A stretch of DNA of 64,000 bases from Escherichia coli (GTDB lineage: Bacteria; Pseudomonadota; Gammaproteobacteria; Enterobacterales; Enterobacteriaceae): assembly GCF_013315695.1 (NCBI RefSeq), contig NZ_CP054353.1; one strand, 5' to 3'. The position numbers were made by a program, and so were the translations under genes. Below the pieces are notes generated by a model. The model was not told the origin of the DNA and did no database searches. It saw only the letters and a list, made by a program, of their open reading frames with translations. How positions within the stretch are numbered: position 1 is the first letter of the stretch; each line of letters starts with the position of its first letter. Shown here piece by piece: positions 46,258 to 58,003 of this stretch.

Positions 46258-46932
46258 ATGCGATATCCGGTTGATGTATACACAGGCAAGATTCAGGCTT
46301 ATCCCGAAGGCAAACCCAGCGCAATTGCCAAAATCCAGGTTGATGGTGAGTTGATGCTGACGGAGCTGGGGCTGGAAGGTGACGAGCAGGCGGAGAAAAT
46401 GGTTCACGGCGGGCCAGACAGAGCGCTGTGTCATTATCCTCGTGAGCACTATCTCTACTGGGCGCGGGAATTTCCGGAACAGGCGGAGTTGTTTGTTGCG
46501 CCTGCGTTTGGTGAAAATCTCTCAACCGACGGTCTGACGGAAAGTAATGTTTATATGGGCGATATTTTCCGCTGGGGAGAGGCATTAATTCAGGTCAGCC
46601 AGCCGCGCTCGCCTTGCTATAAACTCAATTACCATTTTGATATCAGCGACATAGCGCAGTTGATGCAAAACACGGGTAAAGTGGGGTGGTTGTATAGCGT
46701 AATTGCACCAGGGTTGGTATCTGCTGATGCGCCACTGGAGTTGGTTTCCCGTGTCAGTGATGTGACCGTGCAGGAGGCTGCCGCCATCGCATGGCATATG
46801 CCGTTTGATGACGATCAGTATCACCGTTTACTCTCCGCCGCCGGGTTATCGAAAAGCTGGACGCGGACGATGCAAAAGCGCCGACTGAGCGGCAAGATCG
46901 AAGATTTTTCCCGCCGGTTGTGGGGAAAATAA
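46258..46932 (+). CDS. yiiM: MOSC-domain protein YiiM
   Basis: Start MRYPVDVYTGKIQAY; 224 aa; conserved Cys in SQPRSPCYKLN. Confidence 0.9.
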   Translation: MRYPVDVYTGKIQAYPEGKPSAIAKIQVDGELMLTELGLEGDEQAEKMVHGGPDRALCHYPREHYLYWAREFPEQAELFVAPAFGENLSTDGLTESNVYMGDIFRWGEALIQVSQPRSPCYKLNYHFDISDIAQLMQNTGKVGWLYSVIAPGLVSADAPLELVSRVSDVTVQEAAAIAWHMPFDDDQYHRLLSAAGLSKSWTRTMQKRRLSGKIEDFSRRLWGK

Positions 46933-46940
46933 CCCCCGGA

Positions 46941-47030
46941 GTGTAGGCCTGATAAGACGCTATCGGCGTCGCATCAGGCATCCTGCTCAAATGCCGGATG
47001 CGGCGTAAACGCCTTATCCTGCCTACAATG
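46941..47030. repeat. REP/BIME element
   Basis: gtaggcctgataagacgctatcggcgtcgcatcaggc ... gccggatgcggcgtaaacgccttatcc. Confidence 0.8.
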
Positions 47031-47036
47031 CGGAGT

Positions 47037-48410
47037 TTAACTCCGCTTATACAGCGGCAACCAAATCACCAGCCGTAAACCGCCCAGCGGGCTGTCTTCC
47101 GCCTTCACCCAACCACGGTGCTGCTGAATGGCGGTTTCAACAATCGCCAGCCCCAAACCTGTACCGCCAGATTCACGATCGCGCGCTTCATCGGTACGAT
47201 AGAACGGGCGGAAAATCTGTTCGCGATCTTCCGGGCTAACGCCAGGACCATCGTCATCCACCGTAATGGTGATACCGTCTTTATCTACCGCGAAGCCTAC
47301 TTCAATCTTCGTATGGGAATAACGCAGGGCATTACGAACAATGTTTTCCAGCGCACTTTCCAGGGCGTTCGGGTTGCCGTACAGCGGCCACGGCCCAGGC
47401 GGGAAGTTAACTGTCAACGACTTGCCCATTTGCTCGGCTTCGAACGCCGCGTTATCCAGCACTTCACTCCACAACTGATTGGCTTTGATGGTCTCGCTAA
47501 CCAGCGCGTTTTTCTGCTGATTACGTGACATCACCAACAGGTCGTTAATCATGCTGTCCAGACGTTGCGCTTCGGTTTCAATACGCTCCAGTTCCTTGCT
47601 TTCACCGCTACGACGGCGCAGTAACGCCGTACCCAGTTGTAGACGCGTCAGCGGGGTGCGCAGCTCGTGAGAGATATCAGAAAGCAGACGCTGCTGAGAG
47701 GTCATCATGCGCTCCAGCGCGGTGACCATCTGGTTAAAACTGGCACCAGCGGCAAGGAATTCCTGTGGCCCCGCTTCCAGTTCCGGGTGCTGGCGTAAGT
47801 TTCCCTGGGCAACTTCATCGGCAGCGTTTTTCAGCTTACGCGCCGGTTTTGCCAGACTCCAGGCCAACCACAACAGCAGCGGCGTACTGACCAACATGGT
47901 GACAATCAGCAGTAATAGCGGGCGGTCAAACAGTAAGTTAATGAAATCGGATTGAGAACTGCTGGCCGGACGAATCAGATAAAGTTGGTAATTATCTTCG
48001 CCATCACGCACGGAGAACGGACCGACCAGTTCCACGCGGCCATACTTTTTCTTCTGCGGATGATCGGCGTTATCGGCCTGACCAATAAAGTTACGAATGA
48101 TCTGCATTTCGCTGCGTTCAGCGCCGATCACGCGGCCTTCGGTGGTCACCAATAACAAACGCTGTCCTGGCGGTGCCCACTTATCAATCGCCCGGAACAG
48201 ACGCCGCCACCACATTAAATCATTGGGCGGATCGTTCGCCAGCTCCGCTTCGACATGCTGCTCAATCATCAGACCCTGACGCTGTTCGCTATCCAGAAGC
48301 TCGGTCATCTGGCGTGAATCGAGCTTGGGTAACATCAAAACCAACATCAACACCAGCGCCAGCGTCAGCCAGAAGATGGCGAAGATGCGCGCGGTTAAGC
48401 TGCCTATCAT
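47037..48410 (-). CDS. cpxA: envelope stress sensor histidine kinase CpxA
   Basis: 457-aa ORF; H-box SHELRTPLTRL; N, G1 and G2 boxes. Confidence 0.95.
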   Translation of the reverse strand: MIGSLTARIFAIFWLTLALVLMLVLMLPKLDSRQMTELLDSEQRQGLMIEQHVEAELANDPPNDLMWWRRLFRAIDKWAPPGQRLLLVTTEGRVIGAERSEMQIIRNFIGQADNADHPQKKKYGRVELVGPFSVRDGEDNYQLYLIRPASSSQSDFINLLFDRPLLLLIVTMLVSTPLLLWLAWSLAKPARKLKNAADEVAQGNLRQHPELEAGPQEFLAAGASFNQMVTALERMMTSQQRLLSDISHELRTPLTRLQLGTALLRRRSGESKELERIETEAQRLDSMINDLLVMSRNQQKNALVSETIKANQLWSEVLDNAAFEAEQMGKSLTVNFPPGPWPLYGNPNALESALENIVRNALRYSHTKIEVGFAVDKDGITITVDDDGPGVSPEDREQIFRPFYRTDEARDRESGGTGLGLAIVETAIQQHRGWVKAEDSPLGGLRLVIWLPLYKRS

Positions 48411-49105
48411 GAAGCAGAAACCATCAGATAGCCGCGACCACGCAAGGTTTTAAACCACGGGTGACCATCTTTACGATCCGGCAGTTTACGACGCAGGTTG
48501 GAAATGTGCATATCAATAGCGCGGTCGAAAGGCGTCAGGCGTTTGCCCAGCACTTCCTGGCTTAAATGCTCACGGGAAACCACCTGACCCAGATGCTGTG
48601 CCAGCAAATAGAGCAGGGTAAACTCAGTGCCGGTTAACTCCAGCGTTTGCCCGTCGAAGCTGGCTTCCTGACGGCCTGGATTCAGCACTAAGGCATCAAC
48701 TTCCAGTGTCGGTGAACCGTTGTCGTTGTTTTGCTGTTGCTCGCTCCAGTGCGAACGGCGCAGGATCGCGCGAATACGTGCCACCAGCTCACGATCATTA
48801 AACGGTTTCGGGAGATAGTCATCTGCGCCCAGCTCAAGGCCGAGAACGCGATCAAGTTCACTGCCGCGCGCCGTCAACATAATGACAGGCGTCTGGTGTG
48901 TCTGGCGAAGTGCTTTTAATGTGTCGATACCATTTTTCTTCGGCATCATTACATCAAGCAAAAGTAAATCAATGCTGTCGTCCAGAAGATCAAGCGCCTG
49001 TTCCCCATCGTGGGCAACAATCACGTTGAAGCCTTCCATCTCGAGCAGCTCCTTTAATAGGGAAGTCAGCTCTCGGTCATCATCAACTAACAGGATTTTA
49101 TTCAT
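48407..49105 (-). CDS. cpxR: OmpR-family response regulator CpxR
   Basis: 232-aa ORF MNKILLVDDDRELTSLL; winged-helix C-domain; overlaps cpxA start. Confidence 0.95.
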   Translation of the reverse strand: MNKILLVDDDRELTSLLKELLEMEGFNVIVAHDGEQALDLLDDSIDLLLLDVMMPKKNGIDTLKALRQTHQTPVIMLTARGSELDRVLGLELGADDYLPKPFNDRELVARIRAILRRSHWSEQQQNNDNGSPTLEVDALVLNPGRQEASFDGQTLELTGTEFTLLYLLAQHLGQVVSREHLSQEVLGKRLTPFDRAIDMHISNLRRKLPDRKDGHPWFKTLRGRGYLMVSAS

Positions 49106-49160
49106 TGTTTAAATACCTCCGAGGCAGAAATTACGTCATCAGACGTCGCTAATCCATGAC

Positions 49161-49175
49161 TTTACGTTGTTTTAC
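49161..49175. promoter_or_regulatory. CpxR box in divergent cpxR / cpxP promoter region
   Basis: tttacgttgttttac is the reverse complement of GTAAA-N5-GTAAA; an extra GTAAA at 49205..49209. Confidence 0.7.
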
Positions 49176-49254
49176 ACCCCCTGACGCATGTTTGCAGCCT
49201 GAATCGTAAACTCTCTATCGTTGAATCGCGACAGAAAGATTTTGGGAGCAAATG

Positions 49255-49755
49255 ATGCGCATAGTTACCGCTGCCGTCATGGCCTCAACGCTGGCAGTCA
49301 GTTCATTAAGCCACGCTGCTGAAGTCGGTTCAGGCGATAACTGGCATCCGGGTGAAGAACTTACGCAGCGCAGTACGCAGAGCCATATGTTCGACGGCAT
49401 AAGTTTAACCGAACATCAGCGTCAGCAGATGCGAGATCTTATGCAACAGGCCCGGCACGAACAGCCTCCTGTTAATGTTAGCGAACTGGAGACAATGCAT
49501 CGCCTTGTCACCGCAGAAAATTTTGATGAAAACGCTGTGCGCGCACAGGCAGAAAAAATGGCGAATGAGCAAATTGCTCGTCAGGTTGAGATGGCAAAAG
49601 TCCGCAACCAAATGTATCGCCTGTTAACGCCGGAGCAGCAAGCGGTTTTAAACGAGAAACATCAACAACGAATGGAGCAGTTGCGCGACGTGACGCAATG
49701 GCAAAAAAGTTCATCGTTGAAGCTATTGAGTAGTAGCAACTCACGTTCCCAGTAG
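49255..49755 (+). CDS. cpxP: periplasmic Cpx pathway inhibitor/adaptor CpxP
   Basis: [21 protein letters not shown] signal peptide; two LTxxQ motifs (LTEHQ, LTPEQ). Confidence 0.93.
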
Positions 49756-49759
49756 TAAA

Positions 49760-49822
49760 CCCTGTTTTCCTTGCCATAGACACCATCCCTGTCTTCCCCC
49801 ACATGATGTGGGGGTTTTTTTT
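49760..49822 (+). ncRNA. cpxQ: cpxP 3'UTR with terminator; expected source of CpxQ sRNA
   Basis: cccccacatgatgtggggg hairpin plus U-run at 49796..49822; CpxQ is known to be processed from the cpxP 3'UTR; boundaries approximate. Confidence 0.5.
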
Positions 49823-49903
49823 ATCCTCAATTTGCCTGCTGCTTAATGCATTGCAGATGATTTGCTTCCGTTATACTACCGTCAGTTGATAGCGGGAGTA
49901 TTT

Positions 49904-50806
49904 ATGAATCAATCTTATGGACGGCTGGTCAGTCGGGCGGCGATTGCTGCGACGGCGATGGCTTCGCTGCTATTGCTGATTAAAATTTTTGCATGGTGGT
50001 ATACCGGGTCGGTGAGTATTCTCGCCGCGCTGGTGGATTCGCTGGTGGATATCGGCGCGTCGTTGACGAATTTATTGGTGGTGCGATATTCCCTGCAACC
50101 TGCCGACGATAATCACTCGTTTGGTCACGGTAAAGCTGAGTCCCTCGCGGCGCTGGCGCAAAGTATGTTTATCTCCGGTTCGGCACTATTCCTGTTTTTG
50201 ACAGGTATTCAACATCTGGTATCTCCAACGCCGATGACAGATCCAGGCGTCGGGGTTATCGTGACAATTGTGGCGCTAATTTGTACGATTATCCTTGTCT
50301 CGTTTCAGCGTTGGGTGGTGCGCCGGACGCAAAGCCAGGCGGTGCGGGCTGATATGCTACATTACCAGTCTGATGTTATGATGAACGGCGCAATTCTGCT
50401 GGCGCTGGGGTTGTCCTGGTACGGCTGGCATCGCGCCGATGCTCTGTTTGCATTGGGAATCGGCATCTATATTTTATATAGCGCGTTACGCATGGGATAT
50501 GAGGCGGTACAGTCATTACTGGATCGCGCATTACCTGATGAGGAACGGCAAGAAATTATTGATATCGTGACTTCCTGGCCGGGTGTTAGCGGCGCTCACG
50601 ATCTTCGCACGCGGCAGTCAGGGCCGACCCGCTTTATTCAGATTCATTTGGAAATGGAAGACTCTCTGCCTTTGGTTCAGGCACATATGGTGGCGGATCA
50701 GGTAGAGCAGGCTATTTTACGGCGTTTTCCGGGATCGGATGTGATTATCCATCAGGATCCCTGTTCCGTCGTACCCAGGGAGGGTAAACGGTCTATGCTT
50801 TCATAA
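49904..50806 (+). CDS. fieF: cation-diffusion-facilitator Fe/Zn efflux transporter
   Basis: Start [22 protein letters not shown]; 300 aa; six TM segments plus cytoplasmic domain. Confidence 0.93.
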   Translation: MNQSYGRLVSRAAIAATAMASLLLLIKIFAWWYTGSVSILAALVDSLVDIGASLTNLLVVRYSLQPADDNHSFGHGKAESLAALAQSMFISGSALFLFLTGIQHLVSPTPMTDPGVGVIVTIVALICTIILVSFQRWVVRRTQSQAVRADMLHYQSDVMMNGAILLALGLSWYGWHRADALFALGIGIYILYSALRMGYEAVQSLLDRALPDEERQEIIDIVTSWPGVSGAHDLRTRQSGPTRFIQIHLEMEDSLPLVQAHMVADQVEQAILRRFPGSDVIIHQDPCSVVPREGKRSMLS

Positions 50807-50986
50807 TCAGTATAAAAGAGAGCCAGACCCGCATTTTGTGTATAAAATACCGCCATTTGGCCTGACCTGAATCAATTCAGCAGGAAGTGATTGTTATACT
50901 ATTTGCACATTCGTTGGATCACTTCGATGTGCAAGAAGACTTCCGGCAACAGATTTCATTTTGCATTCCAAAGTTCAGAGGTAGTC

Positions 50987-51949
50987 ATGATTAAGAAAAT
51001 CGGTGTGTTGACAAGCGGCGGTGATGCGCCAGGCATGAACGCCGCAATTCGCGGGGTTGTTCGTTCTGCGCTGACAGAAGGTCTGGAAGTAATGGGCATT
51101 TATGACGGCTATCTGGGTCTGTATGAAGACCGTATGGTACAGCTAGACCGTTACAGCGTTTCTGACATGATCAACCGTGGCGGTACGTTCCTCGGTTCTG
51201 CGCGTTTCCCGGAATTCCGCGACGAGAACATCCGCGCCGTGGCTATCGAAAACCTGAAAAAACGTGGTATCGACGCGCTGGTGGTTATCGGCGGTGACGG
51301 TTCCTACATGGGTGCAATGCGTCTGACCGAAATGGGCTTCCCGTGCATCGGTCTGCCTGGCACTATCGACAACGACATCAAAGGCACTGACTACACTATC
51401 GGTTTCTTCACTGCGCTGAGCACCGTTGTAGAAGCGATCGACCGTCTGCGTGACACCTCTTCTTCTCACCAGCGTATTTCCGTGGTGGAAGTGATGGGTC
51501 GTTATTGTGGCGATCTGACCCTGGCTGCGGCCATTGCCGGTGGCTGTGAATTCGTTGTAGTTCCGGAAGTTGAATTCAGCCGTGAAGACCTGGTAAACGA
51601 AATCAAAGCGGGTATCGCGAAAGGTAAAAAACACGCGATCGTGGCGATTACCGAACATATGTGTGATGTTGACGAACTGGCGCATTTCATCGAGAAAGAA
51701 ACCGGTCGTGAAACCCGCGCAACTGTGCTGGGCCACATCCAGCGCGGTGGTTCTCCGGTGCCTTACGACCGTATTCTGGCTTCCCGTATGGGCGCTTACG
51801 CTATCGATCTGCTGCTGGCAGGCTACGGCGGTCGTTGCGTAGGTATCCAGAACGAACAGCTGGTTCACCACGACATCATCGACGCTATCGAAAACATGAA
51901 GCGTCCGTTCAAAGGCGACTGGCTGGACTGCGCGAAAAAACTGTATTAA
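50987..51949 (+). CDS. pfkA: 6-phosphofructokinase I
   Basis: [31 protein letters not shown] motif; 320 aa. Confidence 0.97.
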
Positions 51950-52004
51950 TGATTTCGGAAAAAGGCAGATTCCTTTAGCCTGAAACCGATGACAGAAGCA
52001 AAAA

Positions 52005-52105
52005 TGCCTGATGCGCTTCGCTTATCAGGCCTACATGAATTCTGCAATTTATTGAATTTGCAAACTTTTGTAGGCCGGATAAGGCGTTCGCGCCGCATCC
52101 GGCAT
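52005..52105. repeat. REP/BIME element
   Basis: tgcctgatgcgcttcgcttatcaggcctac ... gtaggccggataaggcgttcgcgccgcatccggca. Confidence 0.8.
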
Positions 52106-52268
52106 GGACAAAGCGCACTTTGTCAGCAATATGAGGCGGATTTCTTCCGCCTTTTTAATCCCTCAACATATACCCGCAAGTTATAGCCAATCTTTTTTTA
52201 TTCTTTAATGTTTGGTTAACCTTCTGGCACGCTTTGCTCATCACAACACAACATAAGAGAGTCGGGCG

Positions 52269-53258
52269 ATGAACAAGTGGGGCGTAGGGTTAACATTTTT
52301 GCTGGCGGCAACCAGCGTTATGGCAAAGGATATTCAGCTTCTTAACGTTTCATATGATCCAACGCGCGAATTGTACGAACAGTACAACAAGGCATTCAGC
52401 GCCCACTGGAAACAGCAAACTGGCGATAACGTGGTGATTCGTCAGTCACACGGTGGTTCAGGCAAACAAGCGACGTCGGTAATCAATGGTATTGAAGCTG
52501 ATGTTGTCACTCTGGCTCTGGCCTATGACGTGGACGCAATTGCGGAACGCGGGCGGATTGATAAAGAGTGGATCAAACGTCTGCCGGATAACTCCGCACC
52601 GTACACTTCCACCATTGTTTTCCTGGTGCGTAAGGGCAATCCGAAGCAGATCCATGACTGGAACGATCTGATTAAACCGGGTGTTTCGGTGATCACGCCT
52701 AATCCGAAAAGCTCTGGTGGCGCGCGCTGGAACTACCTGGCTGCCTGGGGCTACGCGCTGCATCACAACAACAACGATCAGGCAAAAGCACAGGATTTTG
52801 TTCGGGCACTGTATAAAAACGTCGAAGTTCTGGATTCTGGCGCGCGCGGCTCCACTAACACTTTTGTCGAGCGCGGAATTGGCGATGTACTGATCGCCTG
52901 GGAAAACGAAGCTCTGCTGGCAGCGAATGAACTGGGGAAAGATAAATTCGAAATCGTCACGCCGAGTGAGTCTATCCTCGCAGAGCCAACCGTGTCGGTG
53001 GTCGATAAAGTGGTCGAGAAAAAAGGCACCAAAGAGGTGGCGGAAGCCTACCTGAAATATCTCTACTCGCCAGAAGGTCAGGAAATTGCCGCGAAAAACT
53101 ACTACCGTCCGCGCGATGCTGAGGTGGCGAAAAAGTACGAAAATGCGTTTCCAAAGCTGAAGTTATTCACCATTGATGAAGAGTTCGGCGGCTGGACGAA
53201 AGCGCAAAAAGAGCATTTTGCTAACGGCGGTACGTTCGATCAGATCAGCAAACGCTGA
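52269..53258 (+). CDS. sbp: periplasmic sulfate-binding protein
   Basis: 329-aa ORF with signal peptide; sulfate/thiosulfate-binding-protein fold family. Confidence 0.93.
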
Positions 53259-53278
53259 TTTCTCCAGGATAATTATCA

Positions 53279-53311
53279 AACCCGGTGGTTTCTCGCGACC
53301 GGGTTTTTTAT
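53279..53311 (+). terminator. Rho-independent terminator of sbp
   Basis: aacccggt-ggtttctcgcg-accgggtt followed by ttttttat. Confidence 0.8.
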
Positions 53312-53364
53312 TTGTCACGATTTTGCGTTACCCTTGCATCTCTTTGAGGTACAGGGAAAAAAAG

Positions 53365-54120
53365 ATGAAAAAAGCGGGTCTTCTTTTTTTGGTGATGATA
53401 GTTATCGCCGTTGTGGCTGCCGGTATTGGTTACTGGAAATTAACCGGTGAAGAGTCGGATACATTACGTAAGATTGTCCTTGAGGAATGTTTGCCCAATC
53501 AGCAGCAAAATCAAAATCCTTCGCCATGTGCGGAAGTCAAACCCAACGCCGGATACGTGGTTTTAAAAGATCTTAATGGCCCACTGCAATATCTGTTGAT
53601 GCCAACGTATCGTATTAACGGTACTGAAAGTCCTTTGTTGACCGATCCTTCAACGCCGAACTTCTTTTGGTTGGCCTGGCAGGCGCGTGATTTTATGAGC
53701 AAAAAATACGGCCAGCCGGTTCCCGATCGCGCGGTTTCTTTGGCGATCAACTCTCGCACCGGGCGTACGCAAAACCATTTTCATATTCATATTTCTTGTA
53801 TTCGTCCTGATGTGCGCGAACAGCTGGATAACAATCTGGCGAACATCAGTAGCCGCTGGTTGCCACTGCCAGGTGGTTTGCGTGGGCATGAGTACCTGGC
53901 GCGTCGGGTAACGGAAAGCGAACTGGTACAACGCAGCCCATTTATGATGCTTGCAGAAGAAGTGCCTGAGGCGCGGGAACATATGGGAAGCTACGGGCTG
54001 GCAATGGTACGGCAGAGTGATAACTCATTTGTATTGCTGGCGACACAACGAAATCTACTGACGCTGAACCGTGCTTCAGCCGAGGAAATCCAGGATCATC
54101 AGTGTGAGATTTTGCGTTAA
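53365..54120 (+). CDS. cdh: CDP-diacylglycerol pyrophosphatase
   Basis: Start [20 protein letters not shown] (N-terminal TM); 251 aa; track ORF extends upstream. Confidence 0.9.
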   Translation: MKKAGLLFLVMIVIAVVAAGIGYWKLTGEESDTLRKIVLEECLPNQQQNQNPSPCAEVKPNAGYVVLKDLNGPLQYLLMPTYRINGTESPLLTDPSTPNFFWLAWQARDFMSKKYGQPVPDRAVSLAINSRTGRTQNHFHIHISCIRPDVREQLDNNLANISSRWLPLPGGLRGHEYLARRVTESELVQRSPFMMLAEEVPEAREHMGSYGLAMVRQSDNSFVLLATQRNLLTLNRASAEEIQDHQCEILR

Positions 54121-54142
54121 GGCGAGGAGTTAAGGAAAGTAA

Positions 54143-54165
54143 GTGCCGGATATGAAATCCGGCAC
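54143..54165. terminator. hairpin between convergent cdh and tpiA
   Basis: gtgccggat-atgaa-atccggcac perfect inverted repeat. Confidence 0.5.
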
Positions 54166-54174
54166 CTGTCAGAC

Positions 54175-54942
54175 TTAAGCCTGTTTAGCCGCTTCTGCAG
54201 CTTTAACGATCACTGCGAAAGCGTCAGCTTTCAGAGAAGCACCGCCAACCAGCGCGCCGTCGATGTCTGGCTGAGCAAACAGTTCTGCAGCGTTAGACGC
54301 GTTTACAGAGCCGCCGTACTGGATGATCACTTGTTCAGCGATGTTAGCGTCAACTTTAGCGATGTGGTCACGGATGAATTTGTGAACAGCCTGTGCCTGA
54401 GCCGGAGTTGCAGATTTGCCAGTACCGATTGCCCATACAGGTTCGTAAGCGATAACCGCACCTTCGAATGCCGCAGCCCCCTGAGTTTTCAGTACCGCGT
54501 CGATCTGACGTGCACAAACTTCTTCAGTTTTGCCCGCTTCGTTTTCCGCTTCGGTTTCACCGATGCACAGAACCGGAGTCAGTCCCTGCTCTTTCAGCAC
54601 CGCGAATTTTTTCGCGATCAGTTCGTCAGACTCTTTGTGGTAAGTACGACGTTCAGAGTGGCCGATGATGATGTACTGTGCGCCGATGTCTTTCAGCATA
54701 GCAGCAGAGGTTTCACCGGTGAATGCGCCGGACAGGTTCAGGTCCACGTTTTGCGCACCCAGCATGATGTGGCTGCCTTCAGCTTCGCGCTTCGCCATAT
54801 CGATGTACATTTCCGGTGGTGCGATTGCAACCGCACAGCCAGCAACACCTGCCAGCTCTTTACGCAGGTTAGAAACCAGCTCGTGAACCATGTGGCGGCT
54901 GCCGTTCAGTTTCCAGTTACCCATCACTAAAGGATGTCGCAT
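54175..54942 (-). CDS. tpiA: triosephosphate isomerase
   Basis: [14 protein letters not shown]; catalytic [12 protein letters not shown] motif; 255 aa. Confidence 0.97.
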
Positions 54943-55049
54943 TTTAATTCTCCACGCTTATAAGCGAATAAAGGAAGATGGCCGCCCCGCAGGGCAGCAG
55001 GTCTGTGAAACAGTATAGAGATTCATCGGCACAAAGGCTTTGCTTTTTG

Positions 55050-55649
55050 TCATTTATTCAAACCTTCAAGCGATTCAGATAGCGCCAGCTTAATCGGTTC
55101 AACAGCGAAGGTCAGCCCCTTTTCGCCGTTGTCCGCGACAACATAACGCAGTGCACCTTCTGTCTCGGTGTAATAACGTTTGTTTTTCCCCGCCGTTAGT
55201 AGCGACTGCAGTTTTTTCTGGCTTTGTGTTTTGGTCATTAATGGGGTGAGTGTGCGGATCACCGCTGCCATGTATTCCTGAGCTTTCGCTTTCGCGGCTT
55301 TTTGCTCTGGCCCCTGGATGGGTAGCCAGGTCATTTGAATGCTTTTGATTTTTAAGGTACCGCGCTCCAGCGCTGTAGAAGCATACAAGTTCTCGTTAAT
55401 TTTACTGGCAGCACGAGTGAGATTGGCTTTGTCGGGACTGCTGTCGATGGCACGAAATTCGTTCAGTGGCAGGCTGGGATTCTGGCTGTTAAAGTCTTCT
55501 CGAAACTGGCTGATGGAGAGATCGAAAGTAGGGGCTCCAGCCAGCAGATAAGGCGCGGTCGTTGCCGTATCTGGTGTTTGTGCATGCGCCGTTGTTGTAA
55601 CGGTTAATGCAGAATATAAGAGAAAAAACAGCGTACACCCTGGCTTCAT
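55050..55649 (-). CDS. yiiQ: periplasmic protein YiiQ (DUF1454)
   Basis: 199-aa ORF with signal peptide MKPGCTLFFLLYSALTVTTTAHA. Confidence 0.85.
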   Translation of the reverse strand: MKPGCTLFFLLYSALTVTTTAHAQTPDTATTAPYLLAGAPTFDLSISQFREDFNSQNPSLPLNEFRAIDSSPDKANLTRAASKINENLYASTALERGTLKIKSIQMTWLPIQGPEQKAAKAKAQEYMAAVIRTLTPLMTKTQSQKKLQSLLTAGKNKRYYTETEGALRYVVADNGEKGLTFAVEPIKLALSESLEGLNK

Positions 55650-55749
55650 TGACAGTACCTTTTGTTATGACTGGCTCCGATTAAAACGATATCTGTCGCC
55701 CTTGTCAAAAGGGTAGAATCCTGGAAAAGACAACCATCAAGGAACTTAC

Positions 55750-56190
55750 ATGACCATACAGCAATGGTTATTCTCATTTAAAGGGCGTATTGGACGCCGT
55801 GATTTCTGGATTTGGATAGGCCTGTGGTTCGCAGGCATGCTGGTGCTTTTCTCACTGGCGGGTAAAAATTTACTCGATATTCAGACCGCGGCGTTTTGCC
55901 TTGTGTGCTTGCTTTGGCCAACAGCGGCAGTAACCGTTAAGCGCTTGCATGATCGCGGGCGTTCCGGCGCATGGGCATTTCTGATGATTGTGGCGTGGAT
56001 GCTGCTGGCGGGTAACTGGGCGATTTTACCGGGTGTCTGGCAATGGGCGGTGGGGCGTTTTGTCCCGACATTGATTCTGGTGATGATGCTTATCGATCTT
56101 GGTGCGTTTGTTGGCACACAAGGCGAAAATAAATATGGTAAAGATACCCAGGATGTGAAGTATAAAGCCGACAATAAATCAAGTAATTAA
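55750..56190 (+). CDS. yiiR: inner-membrane protein YiiR (DUF805)
   Basis: 146-aa hydrophobic ORF; GRIGRRDFW motif typical of DUF805. Confidence 0.85.
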   Translation: MTIQQWLFSFKGRIGRRDFWIWIGLWFAGMLVLFSLAGKNLLDIQTAAFCLVCLLWPTAAVTVKRLHDRGRSGAWAFLMIVAWMLLAGNWAILPGVWQWAVGRFVPTLILVMMLIDLGAFVGTQGENKYGKDTQDVKYKADNKSSN

Positions 56191-56401
56191 CCTTTAATAT
56201 ATCTCTTACTGCTATTTTTTTCCGGGATTGTTATTTCCACGATGCAAGTGACAATGCCCGGAAAATCCTTCTGAACTCTTCACCTTAAGCAATATCAAAA
56301 AAAATGGTAATCCATAAGATCATTACTTGTTTGTTCTTCCTTTAACGGCGCATTATTCTTAAGTCGTAATCGACAGAGAGGCGAATATACAGAGGTGCCC
56401 T

Positions 56402-56701
56402 ATGAAAGATGTCGTAGATAAATGCAGTACTAAAGGATGTGCGATTGATATCGGTACGGTGATTGATAACGACAACTGTACCAGTAAGTTTTCGCGCTTT
56501 TTTGCCACCCGCGAAGAAGCAGAGTCCTTTATGACCAAACTGAAAGAGCTTGCCGCCGCTGCATCCTCTGCAGATGAAGGGGCCAGCGTGGCCTATAAGA
56601 TTAAGGATCTGGAGGGGCAAGTTGAGCTTGATGCGGCCTTCACCTTCTCATGCCAGGCCGAGATGATTATTTTTGAGTTATCACTGCGTTCGTTAGCTTG
56701 A
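56402..56701 (+). CDS. yiiS: UPF0381 protein YiiS
   Basis: 99-aa ORF; K-12 synteny. Confidence 0.8.
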   Translation: MKDVVDKCSTKGCAIDIGTVIDNDNCTSKFSRFFATREEAESFMTKLKELAAAASSADEGASVAYKIKDLEGQVELDAAFTFSCQAEMIIFELSLRSLA

Positions 56702-56727
56702 TGGAGTTGCTTTAGAAGGAGTTAAAC

Positions 56728-57156
56728 ATGGCTTATAAACACATTGGCGTGGCAATTTCCGGGAATGAAGAAGATGCCTTACTGGTGAATAAAGCCCTGG
56801 AGCTCGCCAGACATAATGACGCTCACCTGACGTTAATTCATATTGATGATGGCTTAAGCGAGTTGTATCCGGGTATCTACTTCCCTGCAACAGAAGATAT
56901 TCTTCAATTGTTGAAGAATAAGTCGGATAACAAGCTGTATAAACTGACGAAAAATATTCAATGGCCGAAGACAAAACTGCGTATTGAACGCGGAGAAATG
57001 CCGGAAACACTGCTGGAAATTATGCAAAAAGAGCAGTGCGACCTCCTTGTCTGTGGTCATCACCACTCATTTATCAACCGTTTGATGCCGGCATATCGCG
57101 GGATGATCAATAAGTTGAGTGCGGATTTGCTCATCGTGCCGTTTATCGATAAGTAA
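56728..57156 (+). CDS. uspD: universal stress protein D
   Basis: 142-aa [31 protein letters not shown]; UspA fold. Confidence 0.9.
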   Translation: MAYKHIGVAISGNEEDALLVNKALELARHNDAHLTLIHIDDGLSELYPGIYFPATEDILQLLKNKSDNKLYKLTKNIQWPKTKLRIERGEMPETLLEIMQKEQCDLLVCGHHHSFINRLMPAYRGMINKLSADLLIVPFIDK

Positions 57157-57160
57157 CCGC

Positions 57161-57907
57161 TTACCAGTAATGCTCCGCTGTCATATGGCCCGGTCGACGA
57201 CGTAAATGTTTCGTCATCTGCCGGGTCTCCTTCAGCAACTGTTGCGTATCGCGCACCATCTGTGGATTGCCGCACAGCATCACATGGCTGGTTTCTTTAT
57301 TCATCGGCAGGCCAACCGCGCTTTCCAGTTCACCACTTTCAATTAATGCCGGTATCCGCCCGGTGAGCGACCCCGCCGACGTTTCCCGACTGACCACCGC
57401 CTGAATGCGCAGTTTCCCTTCGTAGCGTTTTTCCAGTTCTTGCATCAGTGGCAAATAGCTTAAGTCGGCGGTATAACGTGCGGCGTGAACCAGAACCAGA
57501 TTTTTGAAGCGATCTAAATCTTTACCCAGTTGCAGAATTGATAAATAAGGGCCAATCGCTGTACCGGTTGCCAGCATCCACAGTGTTTCGCAGTCAGGGA
57601 CCTCATCCAGCACAAAGAAGCCAGCTGCTTCGCTAACCACCTGTACTTCATCGCCCGGTTTCAGTGCCGCTAATCGTGGGCTTAATTTTCCATCGGGAAC
57701 GGTCACCAGGTAAAACTCCAGATCGGGATTATCAGGAGAGTTAACGTAGGAATAGGCGCGCTGGACGCGTTCGCCATCAATTTCAAGGCCTAGTTTGGTG
57801 AATTGCCCGGCAGTAAATGGAAGCACGGGAGCGTGAACGGTGAGACTAAACAGGGCGTCGGTCCAGTTCTGCACTTTAGTGACTTTGCCTGTTACCCAAT
57901 CAGCCAT
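57161..57907 (-). CDS. fpr: ferredoxin/flavodoxin-NADP+ reductase
   Basis: 248-aa ORF; FAD-binding RAYS motif (VQRAYSYVN) and NADP-binding GTGIGP motif. Confidence 0.93.
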   Translation of the reverse strand: MADWVTGKVTKVQNWTDALFSLTVHAPVLPFTAGQFTKLGLEIDGERVQRAYSYVNSPDNPDLEFYLVTVPDGKLSPRLAALKPGDEVQVVSEAAGFFVLDEVPDCETLWMLATGTAIGPYLSILQLGKDLDRFKNLVLVHAARYTADLSYLPLMQELEKRYEGKLRIQAVVSRETSAGSLTGRIPALIESGELESAVGLPMNKETSHVMLCGNPQMVRDTQQLLKETRQMTKHLRRRPGHMTAEHYW

Positions 57908-57952
57908 GTTTTTCTCCTGTTTTGATTGACTTGCCTTATCTTCGTTCTCCGA

Positions 57953-57983
57953 ACAAAAAAATTCCAGTCCCGAAGGACTGGAA
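57953..57983 (-). terminator. Rho-independent terminator of glpX
   Basis: Minus-strand ccagtcc-ttcgg-gactgg hairpin followed by U-run (plus strand aaaaaaattccagtcccgaaggactgg). Confidence 0.75.
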
Positions 57984-58003
57984 GGCTCAATCGATCAAAT
58001 CAA

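Noticed and set aside
51143-51871. 242-aa minus-strand ORF
   Set aside because: Antisense to pfkA.
54331-54930. 199-aa plus-strand ORF
   Set aside because: Antisense to tpiA.
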